A DNA stretch of 63,100 bases, filler included, from Intoshia linei (lineage: Eukaryota > Animalia > Orthonectida), in the NCBI GenBank assembly GCA_001642005.1. It is 6 parts of 6 records of this genome, joined end to end, with 100 filler letters (N's around TTAATTAATTAA, not from the genome) between each part and the next. Parts side by side here need not be neighbours in the genome. Positions count along the whole stretch, not along the records: positions 1 to 4,878 come from LWCA01001857.1; positions 4,979 to 18,018 come from LWCA01001038.1; 4 more parts are not named here. One strand, written 5' to 3'. Below, piece after piece: positions 1 through 12,385 of the stretch. A program made the position numbers and the translations under genes. Within the stretch, counting starts at the first letter, position 1. Each line of letters opens with the position of its first letter. The notes under the pieces are model-generated. The model searched no databases, was not told the origin of the DNA, and saw only the letters and a program-made list of their open reading frames with translations.

Positions 1-2
1 CA

Positions 3-445
3 GGATCGGTTTCTAAAGCAAGATGGATGGGCAGGATACTGTATATTATGAAAGCTTTCATTCTAAAACTTGTGAATACTGAAAAAGTCATAAGTTTCAT
101 AGTCTTCGTTATTTATGGATACTTGATATTTTAGCTTGATGCAGCTTCAGCTAAGCGTGCAATAAATAATGACAAAAAAATGATTGAGAGGTAAATTAAA
201 ATGTTTTTAGTTTTTTTATATTATATGAATTAATGGAATACAATATTTATTCCTTGAAAACTATATCCTCCGTTGCAATTCAAAGATTTTCTAAATATAA
301 CGTGTACAGGAATTTATTTTTGACACCAATAGGAAACGCGCCCGTAGTCAATGATCCAACAGAAAGAGCAATAGCTAAAATGAAAATGGCATTTCGTTTC
401 TCGAAAAATGAAAATCTACTACAATTACTTGTTCGGACTTTATAA
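3..445 (+). pseudogene. Degenerate, internally deleted DNA-transposase remnant (family often annotated as Cc8K15.2-like)
   Basis: Translates to GSVSKARWMGRILYIMKAF...IYGYLIF*LDAASAKRAINND...ISSVAIQRF...VVNDPTERAIA. This matches the ARWMxKxIY, WFxAxxAxxAPxND and VVNDxAERG motifs of that family, with in-frame stops. Confidence 0.55.
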
Positions 446-1374
446 CAACATTGTATACTTACAATTGATTTTATAATAAATTGCATATTGTTTTTTTGCG
501 AGAGATAAAAAATTATTAGTATGTATGTAAGTAGGTAGAGAAGGTCTGAGGTTAGAGCAGTGTTTTCCAACCTTTTTTACTATATTACACATATTACAGT
601 ACATGTACTGTACTTATTTTGATATTACCCACTTCATTTTTTAAACATTTTGGAATAAGACAAAAATTTTTAACAATTTAATAATAATTATGAATACAAA
701 ATGTACTATTTTTTAGATCAAATTTCGCTATTACCCATGAAAAATATCAATTAATTAAATGTTAATTGAATTGCATAATTAAATACCTTGAGATATATCA
801 TTCTGTTCCAAATTTAATATAATATATTTTATAAGTAAAATGTCTCATTATAATCAGACGAAATAATGTCTTACCGACTTATATATGACAACAGGTTTTT
901 TCTATTGGTCCATGTTATTAATATATATTTTTATTTAAATTTAGCCTAGATTTCTTTATTTTGAGTTTTAGTCGTGATGAAATAATTACGAATATTACAA
1001 AAATACTATATTTTTCATCAACACCAAAAGACGTTGACTATAGATACCGTCAAAAATGAATAATTTCTTAAATGAAGTTCAGTTTTAATTTTTACAATAG
1101 ATATTTGCATGAGAATATTCAAATGGTGTGCCCCACTTCAATAAAATTTTTTATTAAAAAATACTTTCACCACGGTGATTTATATAGAAAACTACACGAC
1201 CTGTATACTAAAGTTGTCGCGATATCTTAAATTTTTCAAAATGTGAAACACCCTAATATACATAGATAAGATTCAGGCTAACTGTACCTAGACAATTAAA
1301 ACCAGTGTTCCCGAAATGGAACTGAGGTTTACCTATTAAATATTATGAGTAATTTCATTCAAATCAATTGACTT

Positions 1375-3382
1375 TTACATTATTTTCGTAGTTAAAAGAA
1401 ATTTTTTATTTGATACTTCATCGTATAACATTACACCATTAAGATTTATTTTTCTGTGAAAAAAATAGAAATTTAAGTTTATTTAGAAAATACTCAGTTT
1501 TTTTGAATTCATACTGTTTATTTCTCAAATTCGTAAATAATCGAATCGTTAAAAAAGACGATTCCAATTCTTTGGATTATTCACATCGCGTGGTCATAAT
1601 ATATGTGGCATATGATAAAATAAATATATTCAATTGATGTTATACATATGTATGTACTTTTCAAATGCCAGAATGTAAATGTTAACTATTTTAGGTGTTC
1701 ATTATAATACCTGTTTGATTATAAAATATTATTATTACGTTTCAATTTCTTTATTTTTGGATTCTAAGTGGACTACATGATTATCTAATTTTTCAATTCT
1801 TTGCAAAAGTTGATTTTTTTTATTCTCATAGTCTTTCATAATTTTTCTTTGTATTCTATTGTATAAAATTATATTAAGAATAAGAATATTATATCCATAA
1901 TATAACGGTTTTTTATAAATGTAAACATTTTTGGATGTTTAGAAAAAAGGAAGTACTTAGAACCATTTTCATCAATTTCATTAGCAAATGTGAAATTTTT
2001 CATTAACGCCGTATGTCTTTAAGTATAGTCATTTACTGTAGGCACTAAAGGAGGTTATTTTGTAAATAGCTATTCCGTTGTTATTACGATTGACTCTGAT
2101 AGAATTATATGGATACAATAGTATATATCGGTCGTTCTTAAACTTTAAACTATGTTTCAGAACCTCAATTTAAGAAACACTTACTTTATTTCAGTTTGCA
2201 AATTTTGATTTGTTTCTGATATTTTCGCATTTGTATCACTACAATCTGAAACAAATCATTTAAGTATTATATTTTATATTAAAACCCTGCGCGGGTCGAC
2301 ATTTTTCGGGTGTTTTAAAATTTAAGTTAAAATGGAAAATTTTGCAGAGGTTACAAAACTATGTTTCACTTTATTTAAGAGTGATTTACAAAATAACTTT
2401 GAAACCTAATAAAGAGTTACTAATAACTATTTTACCCTACTTTTAACTTTGATATTTAAATAATAAACAGAATTATACCAATTTGTGTACATTCACATTC
2501 GGTATCCGTAGCAGAATCTATCTTTTTTTCTGCGGTATTTTCACTACCAATTGAAACTTTGGAGGTAGGCGTCGAATTTTGATAATGTTCTGTGTATGAG
2601 TTTATGGGAGTATTGATAGTATTAATTGAATTGGTGTATGTATTCAAATTTGTTGTAGATGAAATATAAGTACTCATATCAATACTTTTTGCAGGAATCA
2701 ATTTATTTTTACTGGTTCCTTTTCCATGAAAATCAAATTTTATTATGTTTTTAGTTTTCTTTTTTATCATACAGTCTATATCTCTATTTTCAACTGAACA
2801 TTAGGAAATTATAATATGTTTTTACCGATAGGTTTCATTTTTTCTAATTGAGAATTTTGATTACTAGACATAATTGAACTGTATTCATTCATGGAAAGAG
2901 AGTCTGGTAATACACTAATATTAATACTAAACTTGTCATCTAAGGTTGATTTATCAGTATTAAAACTAAAATATATGGCCGACAATTCTAAACACGTTAA
3001 AATTAATTTATATAAACTAACTTGCAGCAACAGAGGGCAACAATGTCCTATATTCTTCATGGAATAACACGCTGTACTCTTCGTAGTATTGACTATCAAA
3101 TAGAAAATAATTTTTCCAATGTATGTGTATGAATTTAATTAGTTTACTATAAATATACGGAATTTCCTTCTAATTTACGAATGGTGCTTTCCAATAAACC
3201 TTCATTAAACAATTTCCTCACAGTAGATTTAGCTATTCCATAATCAGTATTAACATATTTTAAATTTCGGTCTATCTCGAATTCTTTGTTGGTTAAATTA
3301 TCCAGTACTGGTAAAAAATCTACAAATACAAGCGTTAACTTTTTTTAATTTACCATATTTGCATCGATTTGATTTGAATACT
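1375..3382 (-). CDS. Multi-exon orphan protein with Ser/Thr/Asn-rich middle and C-terminal coiled coil; 5' end unresolved
   Basis: Phase-consistent GT-AG exon chain 3382-3354, 3319-3148, 3092-3022, 2987-2826, 2793-2479, 2245-2185, 1855-1739, 1453-1375. It reads ...DFLPVLDNL...YQYYEEYSVLFHEEY...KIQRKIMKDYENKKNQLLQRIEKLDNHVVHLESKNKEIET... with no stops. Confidence 0.55.
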
Positions 3383-4149
3383 CTAAATGTGTAATTAGTA
3401 TATATTTATTAACTATAATAATACATATGTAAATAATATTTCATGGGAAATTGAAAACAAGCCTACGTTTTTTGTTGAATATATCAATATAATTGACATC
3501 TAAAAACATTGTATTCCGCGCGATTTAAAATTTTATGGAATGTGACTGGCGAGATAATTAAGTTGCCCAAAACTGATATATACTGTTTTCAATCCGTTAC
3601 GTTAATAAAAACGATTCTGATTCCAGGTGCTTTCGATCCTACTATTTTGAGGGGTTTTTATTCATTTTTTAAAAAAACAAGATATTATATACAATTATAA
3701 TTATTAATTAATGTATAGTATAATCATAGTTAATTATAGTATAATTAATAGTATATTATATATATTTATATGTAATCATATACAAAAAAATGGAGCGCAT
3801 CCCGGTTTGAAAACCACTGGTATGCTTTATTAGAAAATTATAAAAGAACTACGAAATATATAACTAAAAAAGTGAAAATACTAAACAACTTCATATCAAA
3901 TACAGCCAGGTATGTGGACAGGCGGCCATATGGCCCGGGCCTACTACTGGCTCGCCACGGCCCTGGATATCTCTAGATATTGTTTGTATGTAATAACTAA
4001 CATTATGCTAGTTTCAAATAAACATAGCTTGTTTTATCCAAAATCAACAAATTTACTTTTTGTTAGTTTTTAATCCATATTCAAGTACGTATTCCCATGC
4101 TGCAATGAGATAATCAGCGCTAAAATTGATTTTAAAAATATAAATATAA

Positions 4150-4878
4150 CTAGCTTGGCTGTTTTGTACTACGTATAAACAGCACCTAGCTCTGCCAAGG
4201 GCACTCTTTTATTATACCAAAAAAATAAATTCACGTTGAAAATCTAACTTAAAAATCCACTATTCACTATTATCCATAAACAAGTGGTTCCCAAACTTGT
4301 TTCAGGTGGAACCATCATATGACATTACTGAGTAATTTCCAAATTTGTTTCAGGTGGAACCGTCATATCACATTACTTTTTACTTTAAAGTGAATTATGT
4401 TATCTTAATTTTTTTTGTTAACATTTGCGTAAAGAATTTTAAATACAATTATTATCCCATTTTTTTAATTTATTAGACAGAATGTGTGTATAATATTAAA
4501 AATAAAGACAGTCCAGTCCTAAAAATTGTCATAAATAACATAAATTCCAGCAATAATAAAATTATAAAAACTTATTTTGTCATTTTTAATGTGATGATAT
4601 ATATAGAGAACCAATTTAATAATGGAAATGTGTAGACGTACAATCCACATTTTTTTTGAAATTGTAGGATCAATATTTTCAATTTTTGATTTTAATCGAA
4701 ATATTTGAAAAATATTGGTTAATAATATATTAAAAATTATTTTTCACCGGGAATGCGTAGATTTCTGGGGTTGAAATTTTGTAGTTATATCAACTGGAAT
4801 AAGCTCTATCAGAATAATCCTTTTTTTAAATTNCTGGAATAAGCTCTATCAGAATAATCCTTTTTTTAAATTTTCGGA
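4150..4878 (-). mobile_element. Non-autonomous Helitron copy (3' part, cut by gap)
   Basis: Minus strand ends in hairpin GCTGTTTATAC-GTA-GTACAAAACAGC then CTAG|T. Body is shared with copies at 9807, 19584, 38856 and 44383. Confidence 0.75.
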
Positions 4879-4978
4879 NNNNNNNNNNNNNNNNNNNNNN
4901 NNNNNNNNNNNNNNNNNNNNNNTTAATTAATTAANNNNNNNNNNNNNNNNNNNNNNNNNNNNNNNNNNNNNNNNNNNN
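4879..4978. other. Artificial assembly spacer N...TTAATTAATTAA...N (also 18019-18118, 21571-21670, 48759-48858, 60175-60274)
   Basis: Identical 100-nt N linker with a core giving stop codons in all six frames, repeated five times. Confidence 0.95.
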
Positions 4979-5492
4979 AATTGGTACGGTCGAACTACAG
5001 AAACTATTAGAACATACACCACATTCTCCTTTTGAAATAATTTGCATTTTCAGAAAACGTTCATCTTCATCGTCAAATTGTATATTTGTATCTCTTATCA
5101 TGAATATGCTTCCCCAAATTTCTTGAAATTTGTAGTAAATAGTGTAGTAATATAGTATATATAGTATATATAATATAGTAGTAATATTATAATATACTAT
5201 ACCATTTCACTAAGTAAATGACAATAACAACATACTAAATGATAATAACTACAAACTAAATGACAATAACACAAATTAAATTAAAATTTATTTTTCTATA
5301 CTAGTACAATTTTGGAGTGAATAAGGATAGTTTTTTATATTTATTTTTCAATATTATTTTATTGTATATTATTCTATGCAATATTTAAACTCCAATATCA
5401 AATATTAAAAACGATTTTTTAATATTGCTCAGTGATATTCAAATTTTTATTTAAAATAAATATATCTTAATCATAAAGTGGCATATCCACTG

Positions 5493-6090
5493 TAGGGTGT
5501 CACACCCATCAAAGAATTAAGAACTATTAGTGCGGAAATGGTGTATTATCATGATATATAAAATAATCTAGAATGGGGTGTTGCAAAGATGCCGATTCGA
5601 GTTGTGCTCAGCATTTTAAATATCCTTTTGAAAATAGTATACATAAATTTAAAGTTAACTTTATTTTTTGTAAAAATAACATTGTGGTAAGTTGTCATGG
5701 TTTATATTTTATGGTATCAACACCCACGCTTAACTATACATTTCAATTTTAAAAATTTGATTCTAGCTCGATTTTTGTGGTTTTTATGAACGTTCAAATT
5801 TCGGTTATATATGCAATAATGTTGTGAAGTCGTGAACGACATTAATCGTTTATAGGTTGACATTTATTGTTATAAGAAATATACAAATTCAAATTTAGGT
5901 TTGCAAAATCACGTTTCAATTAGAACTTTTTATACTGAACTTCTTTGAACAGCAGATTAGCAGATGTGAACAGTAACATACGTTACTGGCACTACAAATG
6001 TTTATAAAATTGTCAATCTATCCGAAATTTGAACGTCGATAAAAACCACAAAAATCGAATTGCACAGTTAAGCGTGGGTGTTGAGACCAT
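5493..6090. mobile_element. DNA-element remnant starting TAGGGTGTCACACCCATCAAAGAAT, with an internal ~70-bp inverted repeat (5711-5806 / 6017-6090)
   Basis: The same start and colinear body recur at 48154. Left arm is ATGGTATCAACACCCACGCTTAACT...TCGATTTTTGTGGTTTTTAT..CGTTCAAATTTCGG; the right arm is its reverse complement. Confidence 0.55.
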
Positions 6091-6619
6091 GACTACTTTT
6101 AATTGTTATGATTATAACTATAATAATTATTATGACTAATAATAAACATAATGATTATATAAATAGAGAACATTTATAATAATTATTACTATAATATTTA
6201 TAAAATATTGGCAGATAAAATGCATTTTGCATAATTACATTGATTAACTTGTTAATTATACAACATTTCAAAATATTAGAAATGAATGAGAAACCTATTC
6301 TAGATTATAATATAATAAATGGATATACAGTAGATGTAAAATTAATTAAAAAAGTGGAATATATTGATTATAATATTTTAATACGCACATGTATTACTAG
6401 TTGATACTAGTGAATAATTTATTAGTATCATCACCTAGAGACAGGGGAAATAAATAAACATGTTCATTTAAGCGGATAAATTATAAATATAATATCGTTA
6501 CGTGGTTGTAATTTTAATTTGAAATCGATGAATATTGGAAAATGAGTTTTAGTAATGTTACAACAATGTAAATACTGGCAGAGATACAAGAATTGAACAT
6601 ATTCATTATATTTTAAGAA

Positions 6620-8600
6620 ATGATTATATATATTTATCTTTTAATTCTATTCAAAGTGGCATCCTCAATTATAAACCCATTTTCAACTAACATTGTTGTT
6701 AATGTCCCATTCCACCAATATATACATTATGAAGTATACATTTACAATTTTAAAGATATGTGTGGTGACGTAAAGTTTGCTAATAATAAAACGGAGAACA
6801 ATTTCATCAAATATGGAAATATTTTATTAAAATACAGTGGAAACCTCAAAATCGTTAAAAACTCCAAATTTGACGTACATAAACTGATTGGAGAGTCTGA
6901 CACATTTGTTGATGTTCACATTAAAAGTAATGTCACTGAAAATATCAATCCTAAACATTTAACAATTTTAATTTACGGCGATTTAACGGGAGGTTTTGCT
7001 GAATCTTGTAATGATACCATCGTTCCAATAAACTACCAAAAATTAGATGTTGAATTTTATGGAAAAAAAATTGGGACTTCTAACCAAAGTACCCTACAAA
7101 ATCCGTTTGTTTTACAGAAAATTGTTAGCATTTCAAAGAGTATTTTATCTAAAGTCTTTTTAATAGTTGTTATTATTCTTATCGTTATAATCAATTTACA
7201 AATTGGATTTACAATTCAATTGAAAACTGTGAAACGTACTCTGATGGGGTATAAATCTATCTTAGTTTGTTGCTTTTGTCAATTTATCGTTTTACCTTTG
7301 GTATTTTTTTTAATTTAAATTAACAAATTATTTATAGATTGCCATTGCTGTCACAACAATTATGAATCCTAATAAAATTTTAAAAATTGCTCTGTTACTT
7401 ACTGCTTGTGCGCCTGGCGGTACTGGTAGTACTTATTGGACCGTTTTGCTAGAAGGAAATGTCAGCTTTTCGATGACTATGACCTTTATCAATAAAATAA
7501 TATCTATTGGTACTTTTTATATTTATTTATTTAGTATATATTTTTTATCCATCAAGGTCTGGTAAACATACCCCACATGATCTTGCAATGTTGATATATT
7601 CATTTATAATTATTTATTCAATATTTGACGTTAATTAAAAATTTTGGGAATATTTAATAATTACCGTTATATAGATTGACTAATATCATCGATTTTATTT
7701 ATAATAAGTAATACCAATTATAGAATTATATACATTCCATTGATAGTATCAGATAATTAACTTAATGTATGAAATGACATCTTAATTTTTTTTGTTCAAT
7801 ATGTTATGATCCTACTTGAATCTATACGGGTGTGGTATACTTTGAACGCTTCGAAAGGATTATGTGTCCCAATCTAAAAATAATATTTTGATCATGTAAT
7901 CTTGCCACATTACTACATTGTAGTCATTTCTGTTTTATAAAATTCTAAAAAATTTTTATACAGAATTTAAGAAAAATTAGTTTTTACAATGTTTAACTAA
8001 TCATTTTTAGGTACAATGAATATTTGGGTCTTTGTTCTCAACAATATTTTCACACTGGAAAACAAAATACATTTACCTTATAAAAATATTGCATATGGAA
8101 TAGTTTTATCAACCGTTCCATTTATAATTGGAATAATTATACGAGAAAAATTTGAAAAGATGGCAAATACTTTATCAAAATTCAAAACAGTGTTTATAGT
8201 TATATTTATTCTATGGGTAACGGTGTTTGGCTCTTATGTTTATTATTATACATATTTTTTATTGGTAGAATATTACAAAACAAGCATTTGCATAATCATT
8301 TTGCCGTTTATAACATTTATAATCTCTTTCGGTTCTTCGTATATCTTAAAGTTTGAAGAGTCTACAGCTGTAACTATTTCAACTGAAGCAACCGTTCAAG
8401 ACACTGGACTAGTTATAATTATCATACTGAGTGGATTTGCTGCACCGTATGCAGATATAATGACGTCAGTGCCAATTCTATTTGCCATTTCTACACCGAT
8501 ACCGCTCATACTCATGAAAACGTGTTTACTTATCAGACACAAGTGTATCATAAAACAAATTGGTGTGGATGAAAAAAGAAACCAATCCACAAATGTATAA
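6620..8600 (+). CDS. SLC10 family sodium/bile-acid symporter-like protein (long N-terminal ectodomain, P3/SLC10A3-5 type)
   Basis: Exons 6620-7300, 7338-7509, 8011-8600 are phase-consistent. Signal peptide; SBF motifs CQFIVLPL, ACAPGGTGSTYWTVLLEGNVSFSMTMT and TISTEATVQD. Confidence 0.85.
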
Positions 8601-9806
8601 TCAATTAATTAAAAATATTTATTTTCTCCTTTACAAATTGGTAATTGAGGTAAACACAGATTATAAAATGTGTTAAAACTCCAAAATGAGGAATCTTTCC
8701 ATCCTACCCAACTCTAAAATGTTATTATATATGGTTAAAATTGTATACCTTTTTTATTATAGATTTTGAAACATTTTTATTATCGTAATGTGGGTCCAAT
8801 ACTAAAAACTTTAATTCTCCTGTCACTATATCCAAAGACACTCCAATTATTGTGTGTGCTAAACACGCTCCACCTGTTAAAAATGTATAATATTTTCTTC
8901 TTGGGCGATTTTGCCAAATAACATTTAGTTTTACAATTAAATTAATTACTTAAATTAGTTGATGTTTAAATTTTTTATATTTAATGTTATAAAATGTGTC
9001 ATTAATAATTACATTAGTGACAATGACAAATCTAATTTGATACAATATTCATGAAATTATTTAATTTAAAAAAATACAATAGTATAGAAATGAAACTTAT
9101 GAAAAGTACATATAGTGTATATTTTAAAAAAACTGATTTATGTAATTTATTTAATGCAATGTCTAGGAAAAATCAATGAATTAACGTCATTAATTGGAAA
9201 CCCTTCAAAAACGAGCGCTTCTCGTTAATAGTGGCCAGTTTTGACAGTCACCACTGTAATGTATATTAAATTTAATACTATCAGAAAAAAAAAGACTTAT
9301 TCTCATAAATTCAATTATATACGATACAAAAATTAAAATTTAGTTACTTAATTAATTAACTTAATTAACGTAGTTTATATCAAAAATAACCAATCATAAT
9401 AGGACTTCCGACTGTTTGAAAATGGCCAATAAGTACACTAAAATTCTCGACAATTTCAGCTCCATTTGTCAGATGAATAATTTTCGAATCAATCTATTTT
9501 ATATGTAGTTAAAATAAATCAAACAAAAAGTAAAAATTTTTGTTTATTTTATTGATTTTGTGTTTTTTATTTTTAAAATCACTTGAAATTTATGTAAAAA
9601 CATTTAAAAAAATTATTTATCACATATTATACTAGAGGTTTTAGTTTATAGCCATAAATAAACTAACCCTCAATGAAAAATCTAGTTTTACCAACCCTTT
9701 AGGGAAAATTTCACTTTTACCTGTTATTATTCTTTAAAGTGGAATATTTTTCATCTTTTATGAAATAGTTTATTCCATTTTATAAATCTTGTGTAATATA
9801 TTTATA

Positions 9807-10084
9807 CTAGGTTGACTGTTATGTACTACGTACAAACAGCACCTAGCTGTGCCGAGGGAACATTTTTATTCTACCAAAAAAATAAATTCACGTTGAAAAT
9901 CTAAAATATCCTATTCACTATTATTAATCCTTTAAAGGAGTGGTTCCCAAACTTGTTTGAAATGGAACCGTTATATCTCATTACTTTTTACTTTAATTGA
10001 ATTATTCCATCTTAATTTTTTTTGTTAACATTTGTGTAAAAGATTTTAAAACAAATTGTTATCCCATTTTTTTATTAGACAGAA
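9807..10084 (-). mobile_element. Helitron copy, 3' part
   Basis: CTAG plus hairpin terminus; homologous to the 4150 and 19584 copies. Confidence 0.7.
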
Positions 10085-10755
10085 TCCTTATTTATATAAT
10101 ATGCTATGCAATATTTGTGTGCTCTACCGTTTATTTCAATAACTCTAATACGGGTTTTAAAATCATAAATTTATAAAAATATATATTAAAGGCCAAAACC
10201 ACAAATTACCCCTTTTTTTTAATTAAAATAGCCCTAAAATTAAAAAAATTTACAGGTGGTGGAGTTGTATGCTGTTAACTCACACAAAAAATTTCAATCT
10301 GAATAAGTGACGCCTTCACGGTCAAAAAAGCATTTTAGTATTCATGTTTTTTCCGAAATAATTAACAGTCCGATAATTAAAAAAAAGATTTTTCTGATAG
10401 AGCTTATTCCAGTTGATATAAATACATAATTTTAACTCTAGAAATATACGCATTTCAGGTGAAAAATAATTTTTAATATATTATCAATTAATATTTTTCA
10501 AATAATTCGATTAAAATAAAAATATTGATCTTACAATTTCAAAAAAAATGTGCATTGAACGTCTACACATTTCCAATTAGAAAGATGAGTGAAAATCTAT
10601 ACAATTCATTACTTCGCAATTTTTCATTTTCATTTTAAAAACAGTTTGTTTAAAATTTAAATTGCAACAACGAATTATTATTTTTAATTACTAAAAGTAA
10701 TTCAACTTTGTAATTATCATTTTTACATTTATTACAATCCTTTGCAATATTGATA
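10085..10755 (+). mobile_element. Helitron copy, 5' part, in opposite orientation, inserted at an A|T in the previous copy
   Basis: Begins A|TCCTTATTTATATAATATGC (5' TC terminus). Body is the reverse complement of the family core seen at about 14700-15330 and 37980-38547. Confidence 0.65.
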
Positions 10756-10826
10756 AAATGCTGATTCCGTTAATTATTGAGACACAATTTGTATTTATAA
10801 GTATTTATTAATGTGAATGTGAATAA

Positions 10827-12203
10827 GTGTGAAATAAAGTTAAGTCCAACATTTAAAAACTAATCTATTTACGTAAATTAAAGTCTATAAAGGTAATTAA
10901 TATTTTTTTATATTTATACACACAGGTATGTAGCATATCTTTATAATTATGTACAATGTATTACTTATTTAGCAATAAGTAAAGGCAAAACATTAACCTA
11001 TTATGAAAAGGGTCAAATTGTGGCATTGAATAAGAAAAAACCCACAAATACATTGCTAAACAAATTGACCGGTCGAGAAGTGTGGTATCAACGTTTCTAC
11101 GTAATCCTGAATCATATAGAACATTAAAAAGTCCTGGTAGACCCAAAAAAGTAACAAAAAGAATGGAAACACATATTATACGTAAGGCTTCCACGGGAAA
11201 ATTGACTGCCAGAGACATAATTCAAGAACTACAGCCACCTGTTCAACTTCGTAGAGTTCAACAGATCATTAGCAAGTGTTCTTACTTGAAATGGAGTAAA
11301 TGTATGCACGCTCCAGTTCTTACAAAAATTCACAAAGAAAGAAGGATTTTTTTTTTTTGCTATAAAATTCGCTGACTTTGGGCAAAAATAGAAAAATGTG
11401 ATTTTTTCTGATGAAAAAAAATTTGACCTAGATGATCCTGATGGCTTTCAGTATTATTGGAATGATTTAAGAAAGCAGAAAATAATTTATTCGGCTAGAC
11501 AAAGTGGAGGTGGATCGGTTATATTATGGGGAGCCTTTTGTCATAAAGGAAAATCAAAATTGGTGATTTTAAAAGGAAACCAAAATTCTGAAAATTATAT
11601 TAATACATTATCAGAAAATTTAGTTCCATTTGCACATTTACATTATGGTACAGATATCTTTTTCCAACAAGAAAATGCTTCAATCCATACTTCAAAGTTG
11701 GTAAAAACATGGTTTCAAGATAATTCTATTGATGTAATTAATTGGCCATCAACATCACCAGACTTAAATCCAATTGAAAACCTTTGGGAAATTTTGGCGA
11801 TGTCTGTTTACAAAAATGTGAGGTAGTTTAGCAATACTGAGGAACTAACAAAATTGATTATATTAGAATGGAATAAAATTGATCAAAATCTTTTACAAAA
11901 ATTAATAACGTCTATGAAAAATAGATGTCTTGATGTTGTACAAAATAAAGGAGAAAAAACACACTATTAAATATGTAAATGGATATACTAAATTATTTTT
12001 ATGCATTGGACTTATGTTTATTTCACTTGTTATAATAGATTTTATGTAATAACTTTTTGTTGAAAAAAGATATAATTATAATAGATATATGTATCATCAA
12101 GTGTCGCTTCTTTTGTATATCTTAGTGTGAAAATTTTACCTTTCAATCAATATTATTAACAAAAACGAAAAAACTGTTGGGCTTATCTTTATTTCGCGCA
12201 CTG
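10827..12203 (+). mobile_element. Tc3-like Tc1/mariner element with pseudogenised DD34E transposase (~10975-11970)
   Basis: Motifs IFSDEKKF.LD.PDG.QYYW.DLRK, GGGSVILWGAF, FQQENA (second D changed to E) and WPSTSPDLNPIENLW, with frameshifts and a stop at 11824. Right end is ...TTTATTTCGCGCACTG|TA with an inner repeat at ~12007 and a left repeat at 10827. Confidence 0.9.
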
Positions 12204-12385
12204 TATTACAAATTTTCTTAGAATGTCGACTGGACATTGTCCAGATTATGTAAATTTGACTTGGCCTATAATACGTACAAAACACTATTTTTAAACGATC
12301 AGTAATTACTAATTTTTGAAGATAGGTACATTTTAAAATGATAATAGTAAAAAGAATTATGTATAAATGTTTATTTACCCTGTAT

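Noticed and set aside
4795-4873. Exact ~38-bp tandem duplication around a single N
   Set aside because: Unmerged contig overlap artefact.
4879-4978. Palindrome TTAATTAATTAA recurring five times
   Set aside because: Always centred in identical N runs; an artificial contig linker.
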